DNA of 64,000 bases from Halegenticoccus tardaugens (GCF_004116405.1 NZ_SDIC01000004.1:166079-230078), one strand, 5' to 3'; numbered from the stretch's first letter, positions 27,778 to 38,464 are shown. Notes: generated by a model not told the origin, from the sequence alone. Translations and numbers: made by a program.

Positions 27778-28173
27778 TCACTCCTCGACGACGACGCCGT
27801 CGTCCTTCGCGTTCGGCGCGCCGACGACGAACACCTCCCCGGCCGCCGTCGCCGTCAACTTCCGTTCCGCCTCGGGCGGGACCACGATCACCTCGCCGGG
27901 GCCGGCCTCGAACGTCTCGTCGTCGACGGTCACCTCGAACCGGCCGCTGAGAACGTGGTACAGCTCCTCCTGTTCCCGCTGATAGTGCCGGTTGCTCGAC
28001 TCGCCGGCCTCGTAGACCCAGACGTTCGGGCGCATCCGCTCCGGGCGCAGTTCGTAGCCGACGGCCTTCAGGGACGGCTCGGTCGCGTCGAGATCGCGGA
28101 CCTCCACCTCGTCGAGGGTGACGCGCGAGTACATGCCGGACGGTTCGTCGGCGGCTCGAAAAATCGACGCCAA
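27778..28173 (-). CDS. cupin domain protein
   Basis: HYQREQEELYHVLSGRFEVTVDDETFEAGPGEVIVVPP is a cupin beta-barrel motif. Confidence 0.65.
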   Translation of the reverse strand: MASIFRAADEPSGMYSRVTLDEVEVRDLDATEPSLKAVGYELRPERMRPNVWVYEAGESSNRHYQREQEELYHVLSGRFEVTVDDETFEAGPGEVIVVPPEAERKLTATAAGEVFVVGAPNAKDDGVVVEE

Positions 28174-28273
28174 CCGGCGATCCGCGCCGGTTCGCGGGTC
28201 GAAAGCGGGTCGAGGGGGTCGCGCCGACGGGCGGAAACCCGCCGACGAGATCGTCCGAACGGACCCCGTCGGC

Positions 28274-30130
28274 TCAGTCCTGCGTCGGCTCCGGCCGCTC
28301 GCGCACGTCCTTGCTCTCCTCGACCGCCTCCGTCAGCGAGACGTTCAGCGCGCCCATCGAGCCGACGCCGCCGATGACGGTGACGACGTTCTTCACCGCG
28401 TGGTCGAGGACGGCCGCGCCGATGGCGAGTTCCGGCGAAATCGGCGTCAGCGCGACGACGAGCACGGTGAACGCCGCCTCGTACAGTCCGATGCCGCCGG
28501 GCGAGAGCGGCAGCACCTTCGCGAGGTTGCCGACGCTGACGGCGAAGAAGCTCACCGCGACCAGGACCGTCGGGTCGAGCCGCACGCCGAGCGCGAGCAG
28601 GATCACGATCGCGGTGACCACGTCGAGCGCCCAGATGAGGAGGCTGCTGACGCCGATGCGGGTGAACGCCTCGCGGGTGCCCGCGGCGCGCTGGAGGTCG
28701 ACCACGAATCGCTCCATGATCTTTGCGACGTACTCGGCGTACGAGTCGGAGCTGAGCCGACGGATGAGCGGACGGATGAAGCTCCGGTCGGTCCGAGCGC
28801 TCGCGACGATCCCCACGACCGCGACGATGGCGGCCACTCCGACGCCCGCGGCGACGAACGCGGCGATGCGGCCCGCCCGCCGGCTGACGTTCCCGACGGA
28901 GCCGCTGCCCGTGATGCCGGCGATGAGGTCCGCGGTGCCGCCCGTCGCCGTGATGCCGACGAGGACGATCCCCGCGAGACCGGCGAGCGACAGCAGGTCG
29001 AACACCCGCTCGGCCGCGAGCGAGGCGAAGCCGGAGGGGTACGGGATGCCGCGGCGCGCCTTCACGACGTAGGCGCGGACGGCGTCGCCCGCGCGGGCCG
29101 GAAAGACGAGGTTCCCCGTCTGGCTGATGAAGATCGCTCCCGTGAGGAAGCCGACCTTCTCGTAGAAGCCCATCTCGGTGAGGATGTCCCGGTACCGAAT
29201 CCCCCTGAGCGGCCAGGAGACGAGATAGACCAGCGCGGCGAGGAGAACGAGCGCCGGATTCGCCCGGCTCATCTCGTCGAGAACCGCCCGCGGGTCGAGG
29301 TAGACGGTCATGAGCGCCAGCGCGACGAGCGTCAAGAGCAGGCCCGCGACCGCCGTCACCGTCGGGGTGATCCGCGGTTTCACCGACAGCTGCCACCACG
29401 CCCGGACGATCTGGCTCCCCATCCCGAACACGTCCCGGATGAGATCGACCTTCGTGTCGCCCTTCGGCTCCCATGTGACCGGGAACTCGGCGACGCGGAA
29501 GCCGTCGCGCTGCGCGCGGACGAGAAGCTCCGTGTCCCAGAACCAGTGGTCGTCCTCGACGTCGTGTTTGAGGAGGTCGAACGCCTCGCGGCTGATCGCC
29601 TTGAACCCGCACTGGTGGTCTCGGAGGTCGGAGCGGAGGACGAGCCGGACGAGCCCGTTGTAGGCCCTGCTCGGCACGCTTCGCTTCGGCGGTCGGTCGG
29701 CCTCGTTGCCGGGCATCCAGCGCGATCCGGTGGCGACGTCGTACTCGCCCGACCGGACGCGCTCGACCAGCTCTTCGAGGTGCGACATGTCCGTCGCGAG
29801 GTCGGTGTCGAAGTAGACGAGGGTGTCGCCGAGGGCGGACTCGAACGCGCGTTCGAGCGCGCCGCCGCGTCCGAGCCGCTCGTCGCTGTGGAAGTGGCGG
29901 ACGCGGGAATCCGAAGCCGCCAGTCGATCCGCGATTTCCGGGGTCCGATCGTCGCAGCCGTCCTCGGCGACGATGACCTCGAAGGCGTTTTCGGGCAGGA
30001 AGTCGGCGAGCGTCTCGATCGTCGTTCGCACCGTCCCCTCGATGGTCCGCTCTTCGTTGTACGCGGGGAGGACGACGCTCACGTCGATCTTCGACGGATC
30101 GACGACGCGTTCCTCGGCCGAACTACTCAT
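28274..30130 (-). CDS. bifunctional GT2 glycosyltransferase / flippase-like (lysylphosphatidylglycerol synthase TM region) protein
   Basis: N-terminal VSVVLPAYNEE...AEDGCDDRT and DxD (GT-A). The C-terminal ~300 aa is polytopic. Confidence 0.8.
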   Translation of the reverse strand: MSSSAEERVVDPSKIDVSVVLPAYNEERTIEGTVRTTIETLADFLPENAFEVIVAEDGCDDRTPEIADRLAASDSRVRHFHSDERLGRGGALERAFESALGDTLVYFDTDLATDMSHLEELVERVRSGEYDVATGSRWMPGNEADRPPKRSVPSRAYNGLVRLVLRSDLRDHQCGFKAISREAFDLLKHDVEDDHWFWDTELLVRAQRDGFRVAEFPVTWEPKGDTKVDLIRDVFGMGSQIVRAWWQLSVKPRITPTVTAVAGLLLTLVALALMTVYLDPRAVLDEMSRANPALVLLAALVYLVSWPLRGIRYRDILTEMGFYEKVGFLTGAIFISQTGNLVFPARAGDAVRAYVVKARRGIPYPSGFASLAAERVFDLLSLAGLAGIVLVGITATGGTADLIAGITGSGSVGNVSRRAGRIAAFVAAGVGVAAIVAVVGIVASARTDRSFIRPLIRRLSSDSYAEYVAKIMERFVVDLQRAAGTREAFTRIGVSSLLIWALDVVTAIVILLALGVRLDPTVLVAVSFFAVSVGNLAKVLPLSPGGIGLYEAAFTVLVVALTPISPELAIGAAVLDHAVKNVVTVIGGVGSMGALNVSLTEAVEESKDVRERPEPTQD

Positions 30131-30444
30131 GGCCTATCGTTCCGGTAGGCAGACCTATGAAGGTTCTGACCGAGCGTTGCCACGATCCCCGCGAGCGCCG
30201 CTCTGGTGGCGATTGACAGCAGTTCCCACGCGCTAGGGAGTCGTACGTCCCCGCGCGTCGGGGAGCCGTCCTTCCTCCGTGCGTCGCGGAGTCCGCGCGG
30301 GTCGGATCGAGCGTTAGGTGACCGTACCCGATCCGACCGGCGACGGCGCGGCGACGCGCGTCGAGGGGTCGAAAATCGAAAGACTGCGGCGTGTTAACCG
30401 GCCGTACCAAATCCCCTATTACCCGAACCTCCCACTGGAGAGGT

Positions 30445-30690
30445 ATGAGCGCGACCGCGACCACGACCGCGGCGACCGACCTCACGGAAAAACAAGAGCG
30501 CATCCTCCGGTACCTCCGCGAGAACGCGGGGACGCGAACGTACTTCAAGTCCCGGCTCATCGCCGACGACCTCGGCCTGACCGCGAAGGAGGTCGGCGCC
30601 AACATGCGCGCCATCCTCAACGGCGACTTCGACGTCACCGTCGAAAAGTGGGGGTACTCCTCCGGGACGACCTGGAAAGTCAGCGTTTGA
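30445..30690 (+). CDS. small putative DNA-binding protein
   Basis: 81 aa; ILRYLRENAGTRTYFKSRLIADDLGLTAKEV is HTH-like. Confidence 0.4.
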   Translation: MSATATTTAATDLTEKQERILRYLRENAGTRTYFKSRLIADDLGLTAKEVGANMRAILNGDFDVTVEKWGYSSGTTWKVSV

Positions 30691-30735
30691 TTCGAAGCGT
30701 TCCGACCGCTTCTCCGATCCGACGTCGAGCGTCGG

Positions 30736-31350
30736 CTACGGATCGAACCGGATGAGCCGATCGGCGTCGGCCGCGAACTCGACCGCGTCGGGTCCGAACG
30801 AGTCGGCGTAGCGGATCAAGAGCGTGATCACGGACTCGGGGGCGACGACCGCGTACCCGTCCTCCCGGGTGAGTAGCCCGGCGTCGTCGAGTTCCGTCGC
30901 GTACGCGCTCACCGTCGCCCGGGACACGTCGAGCGCCGCCGCGAGATCGCTGCCGGTCGCGTCGGGGTCGCGGAGGAGTTCGACGAGCATCCCCCGCGGG
31001 GTGTTCCGCCGGAGATACCCGAGCGCGACCTGCTCGAACGCGGAGAATCGATCGGCCGGGAAGAACCGCCGGTAGTCGCCGTCGCGCCGCGACTCGATGA
31101 CGCCGTCCGAGAGCAGGCGCCGGAGGTGGTGTTGCGTCTCGCCGGTGCCGAGCTTCAGGTCGTCGCGGATCTTCGAAAAGTGCGCGCCCGGGGTCGTTCC
31201 GAGGTAGCCGACGATGGCGTCGCGGACGTCGCTCCTGTTCCGCCCCTCGTCGCTGTCGTCGGAGCCGAGTCCGACGAGTGGGGTCGCGGCACCCAGCGCG
31301 GCGAATCGACGGAGCGTCGCCCGTTTCTCCTCGTCCACTCCCCGTGACAT
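30736..31350 (-). CDS. winged-HTH transcriptional regulator (two wHTH modules)
   Basis: RDAIVGYLGTTPGAHFSKIRDDL...GVIESRRDGDYRRF and a second wHTH toward the C-terminus. Confidence 0.5.
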   Translation of the reverse strand: MSRGVDEEKRATLRRFAALGAATPLVGLGSDDSDEGRNRSDVRDAIVGYLGTTPGAHFSKIRDDLKLGTGETQHHLRRLLSDGVIESRRDGDYRRFFPADRFSAFEQVALGYLRRNTPRGMLVELLRDPDATGSDLAAALDVSRATVSAYATELDDAGLLTREDGYAVVAPESVITLLIRYADSFGPDAVEFAADADRLIRFDP

Positions 31351-31388
31351 CTGTTCCAGGGTATGCGTCCGGGGAATAAAAGAGTTAG

Positions 31389-32612
31389 CTATTCGACTTC
31401 CCTGTCGAGTTCCGCCTCCTCTTCGTCGTCGTCAGCCGATGAATCGCCGGACGTCGCGGCGGAGGTGTCGTCGTCTCCGTCGCGAGCGGCGGGTTCGGAG
31501 GCGGGGGCGGCCGGTTCCTCCTCCGCCTCGTCGATGACCTCGTCCGCGCTCTTTATCTCGACGCCCTCGCCGGCCTTGATCGCCTCGGCTTCCTGTTCGA
31601 GCTGTTCGACGTCCATCTCCGCGGCCTCGTCGATCTGGCCGAGGATCTCCTCGATGTCGTCGAGGCCGAGCATCTCGCGCGTCTCGGCGTCGAACGTCTG
31701 GCTTTCGAGCCCTTCTGCCTCCTGGACGTCGCTGCCGGAGAGCTGTTTGCCGTAGCGGCCGACGAGCGAGGTGAGTTCCTGCGGCAGCACGAACGTGGTG
31801 GATTCGCCCTCGCCGATGTGCTGGAGCGTCTCCATGCCCTTTTCGATGATCGCGCGCTCGCCCATCGACTCGGCGGACTTCGCCCGCAGGACCGTCGAGA
31901 TGGCGTCGCCCTGCGCTTCGAGGATCTGGCTCTGCTTTTCGCCCTGCGCGCGGATGATGTTCGACTGCTTTTCCCCTTCGGCCTTCTCGACGGCGCTGCG
32001 GCGTTCGCCCTGCGCTTCGAGGATCATCGCCCGACGCCGGCGTTCCGCGCTCGTCTGTTGCTCCATCGCCTGCTGGACGTCGGCGCTGGGGTTGACCTCG
32101 CGCACTTCGACGCTTTCGACGCGGATGCCCCACTCGTCGGTGGGTTCGTCGAGTTCGCGGCGGATGCGCGCGTTGATCTCCTGGCGCTTGTTGAGCGTGT
32201 CGTCGAGTTCCATGTCGCCGAGGACGGCGCGTAGCGTCGTCTGCGCGAGGTTCGACACCGCGGTCTTGTAGTGTTCGACCTCCAGGAACGCCTTCTTCGC
32301 GTCCATCACCTTGATGTAGACGACGGCGTCGGCGGTGACGGGCGAGTTGTCCCGCGTGATCGCCTCCTGTCGGGGCACGTCGAGCGTCTGGGTTCGCATG
32401 TCGAATGCGTACGTGCGGCTGACGAACGGCGGGACGAAGTTGATGCCGGGTTCGAGCAGCTTGCGGTACTCGCCGAAGACGGTCAACGCCCGCTTCTCGT
32501 ACGCGTTGACGATCTCGACCATCGAGTAGACGACGACGATCGCGAGCAGCAGCAACAACAGCCCGACGGCTGCGGCGCCGATGCCGAGACCGGCCTGTAG
32601 TACGGGGGCCAT
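31389..32612 (-). CDS. SPFH/band 7 (stomatin-like) family protein
   Basis: N-terminal TM, PHB domain (TRDNSPVTADAVVYIKVMDAKKA...), and a coiled-coil with a very acidic tail. The start was set at MAPVLQ, with a TATA-like element (TTATCATATCAA) upstream. Confidence 0.8.
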   Translation of the reverse strand: MAPVLQAGLGIGAAAVGLLLLLLAIVVVYSMVEIVNAYEKRALTVFGEYRKLLEPGINFVPPFVSRTYAFDMRTQTLDVPRQEAITRDNSPVTADAVVYIKVMDAKKAFLEVEHYKTAVSNLAQTTLRAVLGDMELDDTLNKRQEINARIRRELDEPTDEWGIRVESVEVREVNPSADVQQAMEQQTSAERRRRAMILEAQGERRSAVEKAEGEKQSNIIRAQGEKQSQILEAQGDAISTVLRAKSAESMGERAIIEKGMETLQHIGEGESTTFVLPQELTSLVGRYGKQLSGSDVQEAEGLESQTFDAETREMLGLDDIEEILGQIDEAAEMDVEQLEQEAEAIKAGEGVEIKSADEVIDEAEEEPAAPASEPAARDGDDDTSAATSGDSSADDDEEEAELDREVE

Positions 32613-32691
32613 AGTCGATCTTAGGATGTTGATATGATAAGGTTTGCCCACGCCCCGCCCGTCGGTCGCGACGGATCGAGCGACGCGCGCT

Positions 32692-33270
32692 CTATGCGCG
32701 CTCGGTCTCGCGTTCCCGTTCGCTCTCGTCTCCGGGACGTCGACCCCGCGCGAGTTCGCGGTCGATGTCGTCCTCGACGGACGAGAGCGCCTCGACGGTA
32801 ACGACGTTGCCGCCGCCGGGGTCGACGACCATCACCTCGGTGCCCGCCGGGATCTCTCTCCCGACCGTCCGCGCGGCGTAGTAGGGGTTGAAGCCGCCGC
32901 CGTCGAGTTTGATCTCGCCCTCCGTCGGCGTCACGCGCTCCGTGACGCGGCCGGTTTTCCCCGTGAGCGAGTCGGAGTCGCTCGTCCGCCCGCTCCCCTT
33001 GCCGCCGTAGATGTCGAACTCGCGGTAGCCCCACAGGGCGAGGCCGCCGAACGCGAGCACGAGCACCGCGAGGAGGATCGGGCTGGCGAGCGTCCCGAGC
33101 GCCAGTCCGACGAGTCCCGCGGCGAGGAGCGCGACGCCGAGGACGATGAAGTGTGCGCCCGGCGCCAGCGCCTCCGCGAGCGACAACCCCAGGCCTGCGA
33201 TGACCAAGAGGAGGGGGAGCGTCTCCGGTCGGAGGAGATCCGCTTGCAGAACCGTGAGAGTGAGTGACAT
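32692..33270 (-). CDS. NfeD family protein (membrane-anchored, OB-fold C-terminus)
   Basis: N-terminal TM helices plus a C-terminal GKTGRVTERVTPTEGEIKLDGG beta domain. It lies directly downstream of the SPFH gene. Confidence 0.7.
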   Translation of the reverse strand: MSLTLTVLQADLLRPETLPLLLVIAGLGLSLAEALAPGAHFIVLGVALLAAGLVGLALGTLASPILLAVLVLAFGGLALWGYREFDIYGGKGSGRTSDSDSLTGKTGRVTERVTPTEGEIKLDGGGFNPYYAARTVGREIPAGTEVMVVDPGGGNVVTVEALSSVEDDIDRELARGRRPGDESERERETERA

Positions 33271-33305
33271 GTTCGTGCCTTAGGAACGTATCCGATTAAC
33301 CCTTT

Positions 33306-33536
33306 TCACGCCATCACGAAGAGGACGAACAGCGTCCCGAAGACGCCGAGGAGCACGAAGAACGCGTTTTCGATCGAGGGCGATCCGGGTTCTAAGGTCT
33401 GCTCGTCCGCCTTCCCGTCTTCGCCGACCTCGTCGACGCTGAACCGCCAATCGCCTCCCTCGTCGTCCTCGCTCGGTTCGTCCTCGCGGCCGGGGGACCG
33501 ATCTGTCATACCGGAACGTAGGGCCGGGACGGTCAA
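33306..33536 (-). CDS. small hypothetical protein with C-terminal TM helix
   Basis: It has an acidic N-terminus, and the C-terminal FFVLLGVFGTLFVLFV is hydrophobic. Confidence 0.3.
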   Translation of the reverse strand: MTVPALRSGMTDRSPGREDEPSEDDEGGDWRFSVDEVGEDGKADEQTLEPGSPSIENAFFVLLGVFGTLFVLFVMA

Positions 33537-33605
33537 AGGCCTACCGACGCGTCCGCCGGACGGTCGCCGCGCGGCGCGCCGACGCGACCCCCTCCGCGCG
33601 GCGAC

Positions 33606-35357
33606 TCACTCCCGCGCGGCCCGGAGCACGTCGCCCTCGTAGATGACGCCGCGTTCGGCGTCGAGCGTGACGATCGCGCCGTCTTCGAGGTCGTCGGGGA
33701 GGGGCGCGCCGCTCACCATCGGCACGTCGAGTTCGCGGGCGACGAGCGCCGGGTAGCCCGTCATCCCCGGACGGGCGTCGACGATTCCGGCGAGCTTGGA
33801 CGCGTCGCCGGCGAACTCGCCCTCGAAGTCGGCCGAGAGCGCGAGCAGCGCGCCCTCGGGGAGCGCCGAGAGGTCGCCGTCGGCGGATCGGTGGACGGGA
33901 CCGGCGACGCGGCCGCCGACGATCTTCCGACCGGTCGCGACCGCCTCCGCGGCGACGTGCACCTTCAGCATGTTCGTCGAGTTGGTTCCCTCCAGCTCCG
34001 TCATCATGCCGGAGAGCACGACCACCGTGTCGCCGCTGCGGGCGACCCCGGCGTCCATCGCCGCGCTCACCGCGCCGTCGATGATGGCGTCGACGCCGTT
34101 GCTGTAGTCGGCGTACTGGGCGTTGACGCCCCACGACAGCGCGAGCTGGCGGCGGACGCGGTCGTTCGGCGTCGTCGCGACCACGGGGACGCCCGGTCGG
34201 AACTTCGCGGTTTTGCGGGCGGTGTAGCCGGACTCGCTCGCGGCCACGACCGCCGCCGCCCCGATGTCGCGGGCGAGATAGCGCGACGCGCGGGCGAGCG
34301 CTTCGGTCCGCGACCCCTCGCTCGCCGTGGGGACGCGCTGTTCGCGGTTCTCGTAGTACTCGCCGCTCGCTTCGACTTCGCGGACGATTCGGTCCATCGT
34401 CTCGACGACCCGAACCGGGTGGTCGCCGACGGCCGTCTCCGCGGAGAGCATGACCGCGTCGGTGCCGTCGAGGACGGCGTTCGCGACGTCCGAGGCTTCG
34501 GCCCGGGTCGGCCGGCGGGCGTGGACCATCGAGTCGAGCATCTCGGTCGCGGTGATGACCGGGACGCCCGCGTCGATGCACTTGCGGATGATCCGCTTTT
34601 GGACCATCGGCACGTCCTCCAGCGGGCACTCGACGCCGAGGTCGCCGCGGGCGACCATCACGCCGTAGGCGGCGTCGACGATGCCGTCGAGGTTCTCGAC
34701 CGCGCCCGCGCGCTCGATCTTCGCGACGACGGGGATGTCGCCGCCGAACTCCTCCAGCGCGTCGCTGATGGCGTACACGTCGGCCCCGTTTCTGACGAAG
34801 CTCGCCGCGACGAAGTCGGCGTTCTTCTCCGCGGCGATGCGCAGCTCCTCGCGGTCCTTGTCGGTGATGAGGTCGATGTCGAGGTCGACGCCCGGCACGT
34901 TCACGCCCTTGCGGCCGCCGAGGGGGCCGCCGGAGTCGACCCGCGCGACCACCGCGTCGTCCTCGACGGCGCTGACGGTCGCCTCGATGCGCCCGTCGTC
35001 GAGGAGGATCGTGTCGCCGACCTCAGCGGCGTCGATCGGAAGGGAGAGGCCGACCTCCTCCGGCGTGGCCGTGTCGCCCACGGCGAACCTGACTTCGGAC
35101 CCGGTTTCGAGGACGATCGGCTCGTCCAGCGGGGCGGTTCGGACCTCGGGACCCTGCAGGTCGACCATCGCGGCGAGCGGCGACTCGGTCGCCCCGTCGA
35201 CGGCGCGGATGCGGTCGATGACCTCCGCGCGGTGTTCGGGACTGCCGTGGCTGGCGTTCAGCCGCGCGACCGACATCCCGGCGTCGGCGAGGGCGCGAAT
35301 CGTCGCCCGGTCGTCCGAGGCGGGACCGAGCGTGCAGACGATCTTCGCGTTTCTCAT
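33606..35357 (-). CDS. pyk: pyruvate kinase with C-terminal PEP-utilising mobile domain
   Basis: KIVCTLGPAS, NASHG, MVARGDLG. The start was verified at MRNAKIV. Confidence 0.9.
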   Translation of the reverse strand: MRNAKIVCTLGPASDDRATIRALADAGMSVARLNASHGSPEHRAEVIDRIRAVDGATESPLAAMVDLQGPEVRTAPLDEPIVLETGSEVRFAVGDTATPEEVGLSLPIDAAEVGDTILLDDGRIEATVSAVEDDAVVARVDSGGPLGGRKGVNVPGVDLDIDLITDKDREELRIAAEKNADFVAASFVRNGADVYAISDALEEFGGDIPVVAKIERAGAVENLDGIVDAAYGVMVARGDLGVECPLEDVPMVQKRIIRKCIDAGVPVITATEMLDSMVHARRPTRAEASDVANAVLDGTDAVMLSAETAVGDHPVRVVETMDRIVREVEASGEYYENREQRVPTASEGSRTEALARASRYLARDIGAAAVVAASESGYTARKTAKFRPGVPVVATTPNDRVRRQLALSWGVNAQYADYSNGVDAIIDGAVSAAMDAGVARSGDTVVVLSGMMTELEGTNSTNMLKVHVAAEAVATGRKIVGGRVAGPVHRSADGDLSALPEGALLALSADFEGEFAGDASKLAGIVDARPGMTGYPALVARELDVPMVSGAPLPDDLEDGAIVTLDAERGVIYEGDVLRAARE

Positions 35358-35573
35358 GCGCGACCCTACGGCCGTCGCCTTGAAAAAGCCCGCCGATGGA
35401 ACTCGCTTTCGAGTAACGGGCCCGCGCGGGTGAGAGACGGTCCCGAACCGAGCGCTCCGGAGCGAACGCCCCGCTCGGATTAAAGGAAGGGGTACGGCCG
35501 CGAAGCTGCGCGCCTCGGGAGGCGATCGAAGCCGGCCACAGCGTTTAGGCGAACGGCGGGCGACGCCACGACC

Positions 35574-35807
35574 ATGGAGCACATCACCGACGCGGTCGTC
35601 GGCAAGCGGGTCGTGACCGCCGACGGCGACGAGGTGGGGAAGATCACCGCCGTCGAGGACGACAGGGCCATCCTGAAGGGCGAGACCGGCGTCTCGGCGG
35701 ACATGGAGGCGAGCGTCTCCCCGGACGAGAACGACCGGCTCTCGCTGAACGCGGACCAGATCGAGTCCGTCGAGGACGACGTCGTCCGGCTCGCGGGCGA
35801 CTTCTGA
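35574..35807 (+). CDS. small PRC-barrel-like hypothetical protein
   Basis: VVGKRVVTADGDEVGKITAVEDD pattern. Confidence 0.35.
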   Translation: MEHITDAVVGKRVVTADGDEVGKITAVEDDRAILKGETGVSADMEASVSPDENDRLSLNADQIESVEDDVVRLAGDF

Positions 35808-35941
35808 TAGGGGTTGTCGTAGCCATCCGTACGTGGCGAGCGACGAGACTCGCGTGTTTCGAACCCTGTCGAGCGAATCTATGAACTTCTACGAGAACCC
35901 CTACGAGGCCGTGGCCCTCGGACGGGCACGGCGACCTCCCC

Positions 35942-38158
35942 CTACCGAACCTTCGTCCCGGGAGTCGCGTCGCCGTGGGTCGTCAGAATGTCCGCCTGCT
36001 CGCCCGCCGCGAGGAGCATCCCGTTCGACTCGACGCCGAACAGTTCGGCCTTTTCGAGGTTGGCGACGACGACCACGCGCTCGCCGACGAGGTCGTCGAG
36101 GTCGTGTAGCTGTTTGATGCCCGCGACGATCTGTCGCTCCTCGACGCCGATGTCCACCGTGAGCTTTGCGAGCTTGTCCGCGCCCTCGATCCCCTCGGCG
36201 GCGAGCACCTCGCCGACGCGCAGGTCGAGCGCCTGGAACTCGTCGAAGCTGATGCGCGACTCGGCGAGCGGTTCGAAGTCCCCGTCGTCCGCCGACGCGT
36301 CGGCTTCCTCGCGTTCTTCCGCTTCCTCGTCCGCCGTCGCCGCCGCGACGCGCGCTTCGAGCTTCTCGTTCAGCGCGTCGACGCGCTCGTCGGGGATCTT
36401 CTCGAACGGCTCCGTCGGCTCGCCGAACGAGCCCACCGGCGGTTCGAGGGCCGCGCCGAGGCCGGCCTCGTGGACCGAGCCGTCCTCGTTCAGGCCCTCC
36501 CAGAGGCGCTCGCACGTCCCGGGGGCGACCGGCTCGAAGAGCACGGCGATCGCCTTCGCGATCCCCACGCAGTCGTAGATCACCTGCGCGGCCCGCTCGG
36601 GTTCGTCGTCGGTGAGCTTCCACGGTTCGTTGCGCTGGATGTACTCGTTGCCGAACTGCGCGAGGCGGACGGCGGCCTCGCCGACCTTCCGGACCGAGTA
36701 GTCGTTCACGGCCTCGCCGAAGTCGGCGATCGCGCCCTCGACGCGCTCGCGCACCTCGTCGGAGACGCCCGCCACGTCCGCCGGCGCGCCCCCGTAGTTT
36801 CGGTGGGCGAAGAGGAGCGACCGGTAGACGAAGTTGCCGACGGTGCCGACGAGTTCGCCGTTGACGCGCTCCTGGAACTTCTCCCACGAGAAGTCCACGT
36901 CCTGCTGGAAGCCCCCGTTCGTGGCGATGTAGTACCGGAGGAGGTCCGGATCGAACCCCTCGTCGAGGTACTCGTCGGCCCAGACGGCCCGATCCCGGCT
37001 GGTGGAGAAGCCCTTGCCGCCGAGCGTGACGAACCCGCTCGCCATGACGGCGCGGGGTTCGTTGTAGCCGGCCGCGCGGAGCATCGCCGGCCAGAAGACG
37101 GTGTGGTGCTGGATGATGTCCCGACCGATGACGTGGACGATCTCGCCGCCGGACTCCGGACCGTCGGCGGAGCCGGAGGCGCTCTCGCCCTTCCACGCCG
37201 CCTCCCAGTCGTACACGTCGGCGCCGACGCGCTCCGTGTACTGCTTCGTCGAGGAGACGTACTCGATCGGGGCGTCGACCCAGACGTAGAGGACGAGGTC
37301 GTCCTCCCCGTCGACGGTTTCTTCCCGCGGGCTTCGCCCGCTCGAGTTGTCCGCGGAGCGACGCTCCGCGCTATCACCGTCTCCGTTTCGTTGCTCCTCC
37401 GGAGCAACGCCGTCCCCAGGATAGTCGATCCCCCACTCCATGTCGCGGGTGATACACCAGTCCTGCAGTTCGCCTTCGATCCACTCGCGGGGCTGGTTGC
37501 GGGCGTTCGCGGTGCCTTCGAGGCGGTCGATGAAGCCCTGCAGGTACCCCTGCAGCTCCGAGACGCGGAAGAACTTGTGCGTCCGCTCGCGGTACTCCGC
37601 GGGGTTGCCGGTGACGATCGAGACGGGATCCTCGACCTCGCCCGGTTCGAGGTGGCGCTGACAGCCCTCGTCGCACTCGTCGCCGCGGGCCTTCGCCCCG
37701 CAGTACGGGCAGGTCCCCTCGACGTAGCGGTCCGGGAGGTACTGGTCCGCCTCTGCGTCGTAGGCGACCATGATCTCCTTCTCGTAGACGTACCCCTCCT
37801 CGTCCAGCGTCCGGACGATCTCGCGGGTCAGTTCCGTGTTCGTCTCGTCGTGGGTGTGGCCGTAGTTGTCGAACTCGACTGAAAAGCGGGGGAACGTCTC
37901 CTCGTACGTCTCGTGCCAGCGGAGCGCGAACGTCTCGGGGTCCGTCCCCTCCTTCTCGGCGTTGACGGCGACGGGCGTGCCGTGCATGTCGGACCCGCTG
38001 ACGAAGGCGGTCCGCTGGCCGAGCTTTCGGAGGGCGCGCGCGAACACGTCGCCCCCGACGTACGTCCGAAGGTGGCCGACGTGCAGGTCGCCGTTCGCGT
38101 ACGGCAGCCCGCACGTCACCACCGCGTGGTTCTCCGTGGGAAAGTCCTCGTGGCTCAT
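35942..38158 (-). CDS. metG: methionine--tRNA ligase
   Basis: HVGHLRTY (HIGH), Zn knuckle CPYCG...CDEGC, KFSTS (KMSKS variant), and a C-terminal tRNA-binding (EMAP-like) domain. Confidence 0.95.
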   Translation of the reverse strand: MSHEDFPTENHAVVTCGLPYANGDLHVGHLRTYVGGDVFARALRKLGQRTAFVSGSDMHGTPVAVNAEKEGTDPETFALRWHETYEETFPRFSVEFDNYGHTHDETNTELTREIVRTLDEEGYVYEKEIMVAYDAEADQYLPDRYVEGTCPYCGAKARGDECDEGCQRHLEPGEVEDPVSIVTGNPAEYRERTHKFFRVSELQGYLQGFIDRLEGTANARNQPREWIEGELQDWCITRDMEWGIDYPGDGVAPEEQRNGDGDSAERRSADNSSGRSPREETVDGEDDLVLYVWVDAPIEYVSSTKQYTERVGADVYDWEAAWKGESASGSADGPESGGEIVHVIGRDIIQHHTVFWPAMLRAAGYNEPRAVMASGFVTLGGKGFSTSRDRAVWADEYLDEGFDPDLLRYYIATNGGFQQDVDFSWEKFQERVNGELVGTVGNFVYRSLLFAHRNYGGAPADVAGVSDEVRERVEGAIADFGEAVNDYSVRKVGEAAVRLAQFGNEYIQRNEPWKLTDDEPERAAQVIYDCVGIAKAIAVLFEPVAPGTCERLWEGLNEDGSVHEAGLGAALEPPVGSFGEPTEPFEKIPDERVDALNEKLEARVAAATADEEAEEREEADASADDGDFEPLAESRISFDEFQALDLRVGEVLAAEGIEGADKLAKLTVDIGVEERQIVAGIKQLHDLDDLVGERVVVVANLEKAELFGVESNGMLLAAGEQADILTTHGDATPGTKVR

Positions 38159-38464
38159 GTGGATGTGTATGCGTGGTTCATCGCGGATGCGGGCCTAAAG
38201 CCCGCTGGTTTTCCGTGGCGTCGCTCGCGGGAATCGGTGCGCGGCGGGGTTTCGCCGCCGTCGTCCGCGCCGGACCGCGTTACCGGCCGGCGGGTGCAGA
38301 ACGGGTCCACCCGGCGCTAAAAGGAATACATCGGACGCATGCCGGGGGACGCTGCGTGGGTCACGTCCGAAGTGAGCCGTCGGAGGTACTTAAAAAGCGC
38401 GCCGACCGACGCGCGATCGCGGGGCGGCCCGGTGCGGATCGGCCCGGCGATCGACCGGCGCGGC

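Noticed and set aside
38194-38218. GCGGGC-ctaaa-GCCCGC hairpin followed by TGGTTTTCC upstream of metG
   Set aside because: It resembles an intrinsic terminator on the plus strand, but no plus-strand gene ends nearby. On the minus strand it sits in the metG 5' region without a T-tract. Function not supportable.
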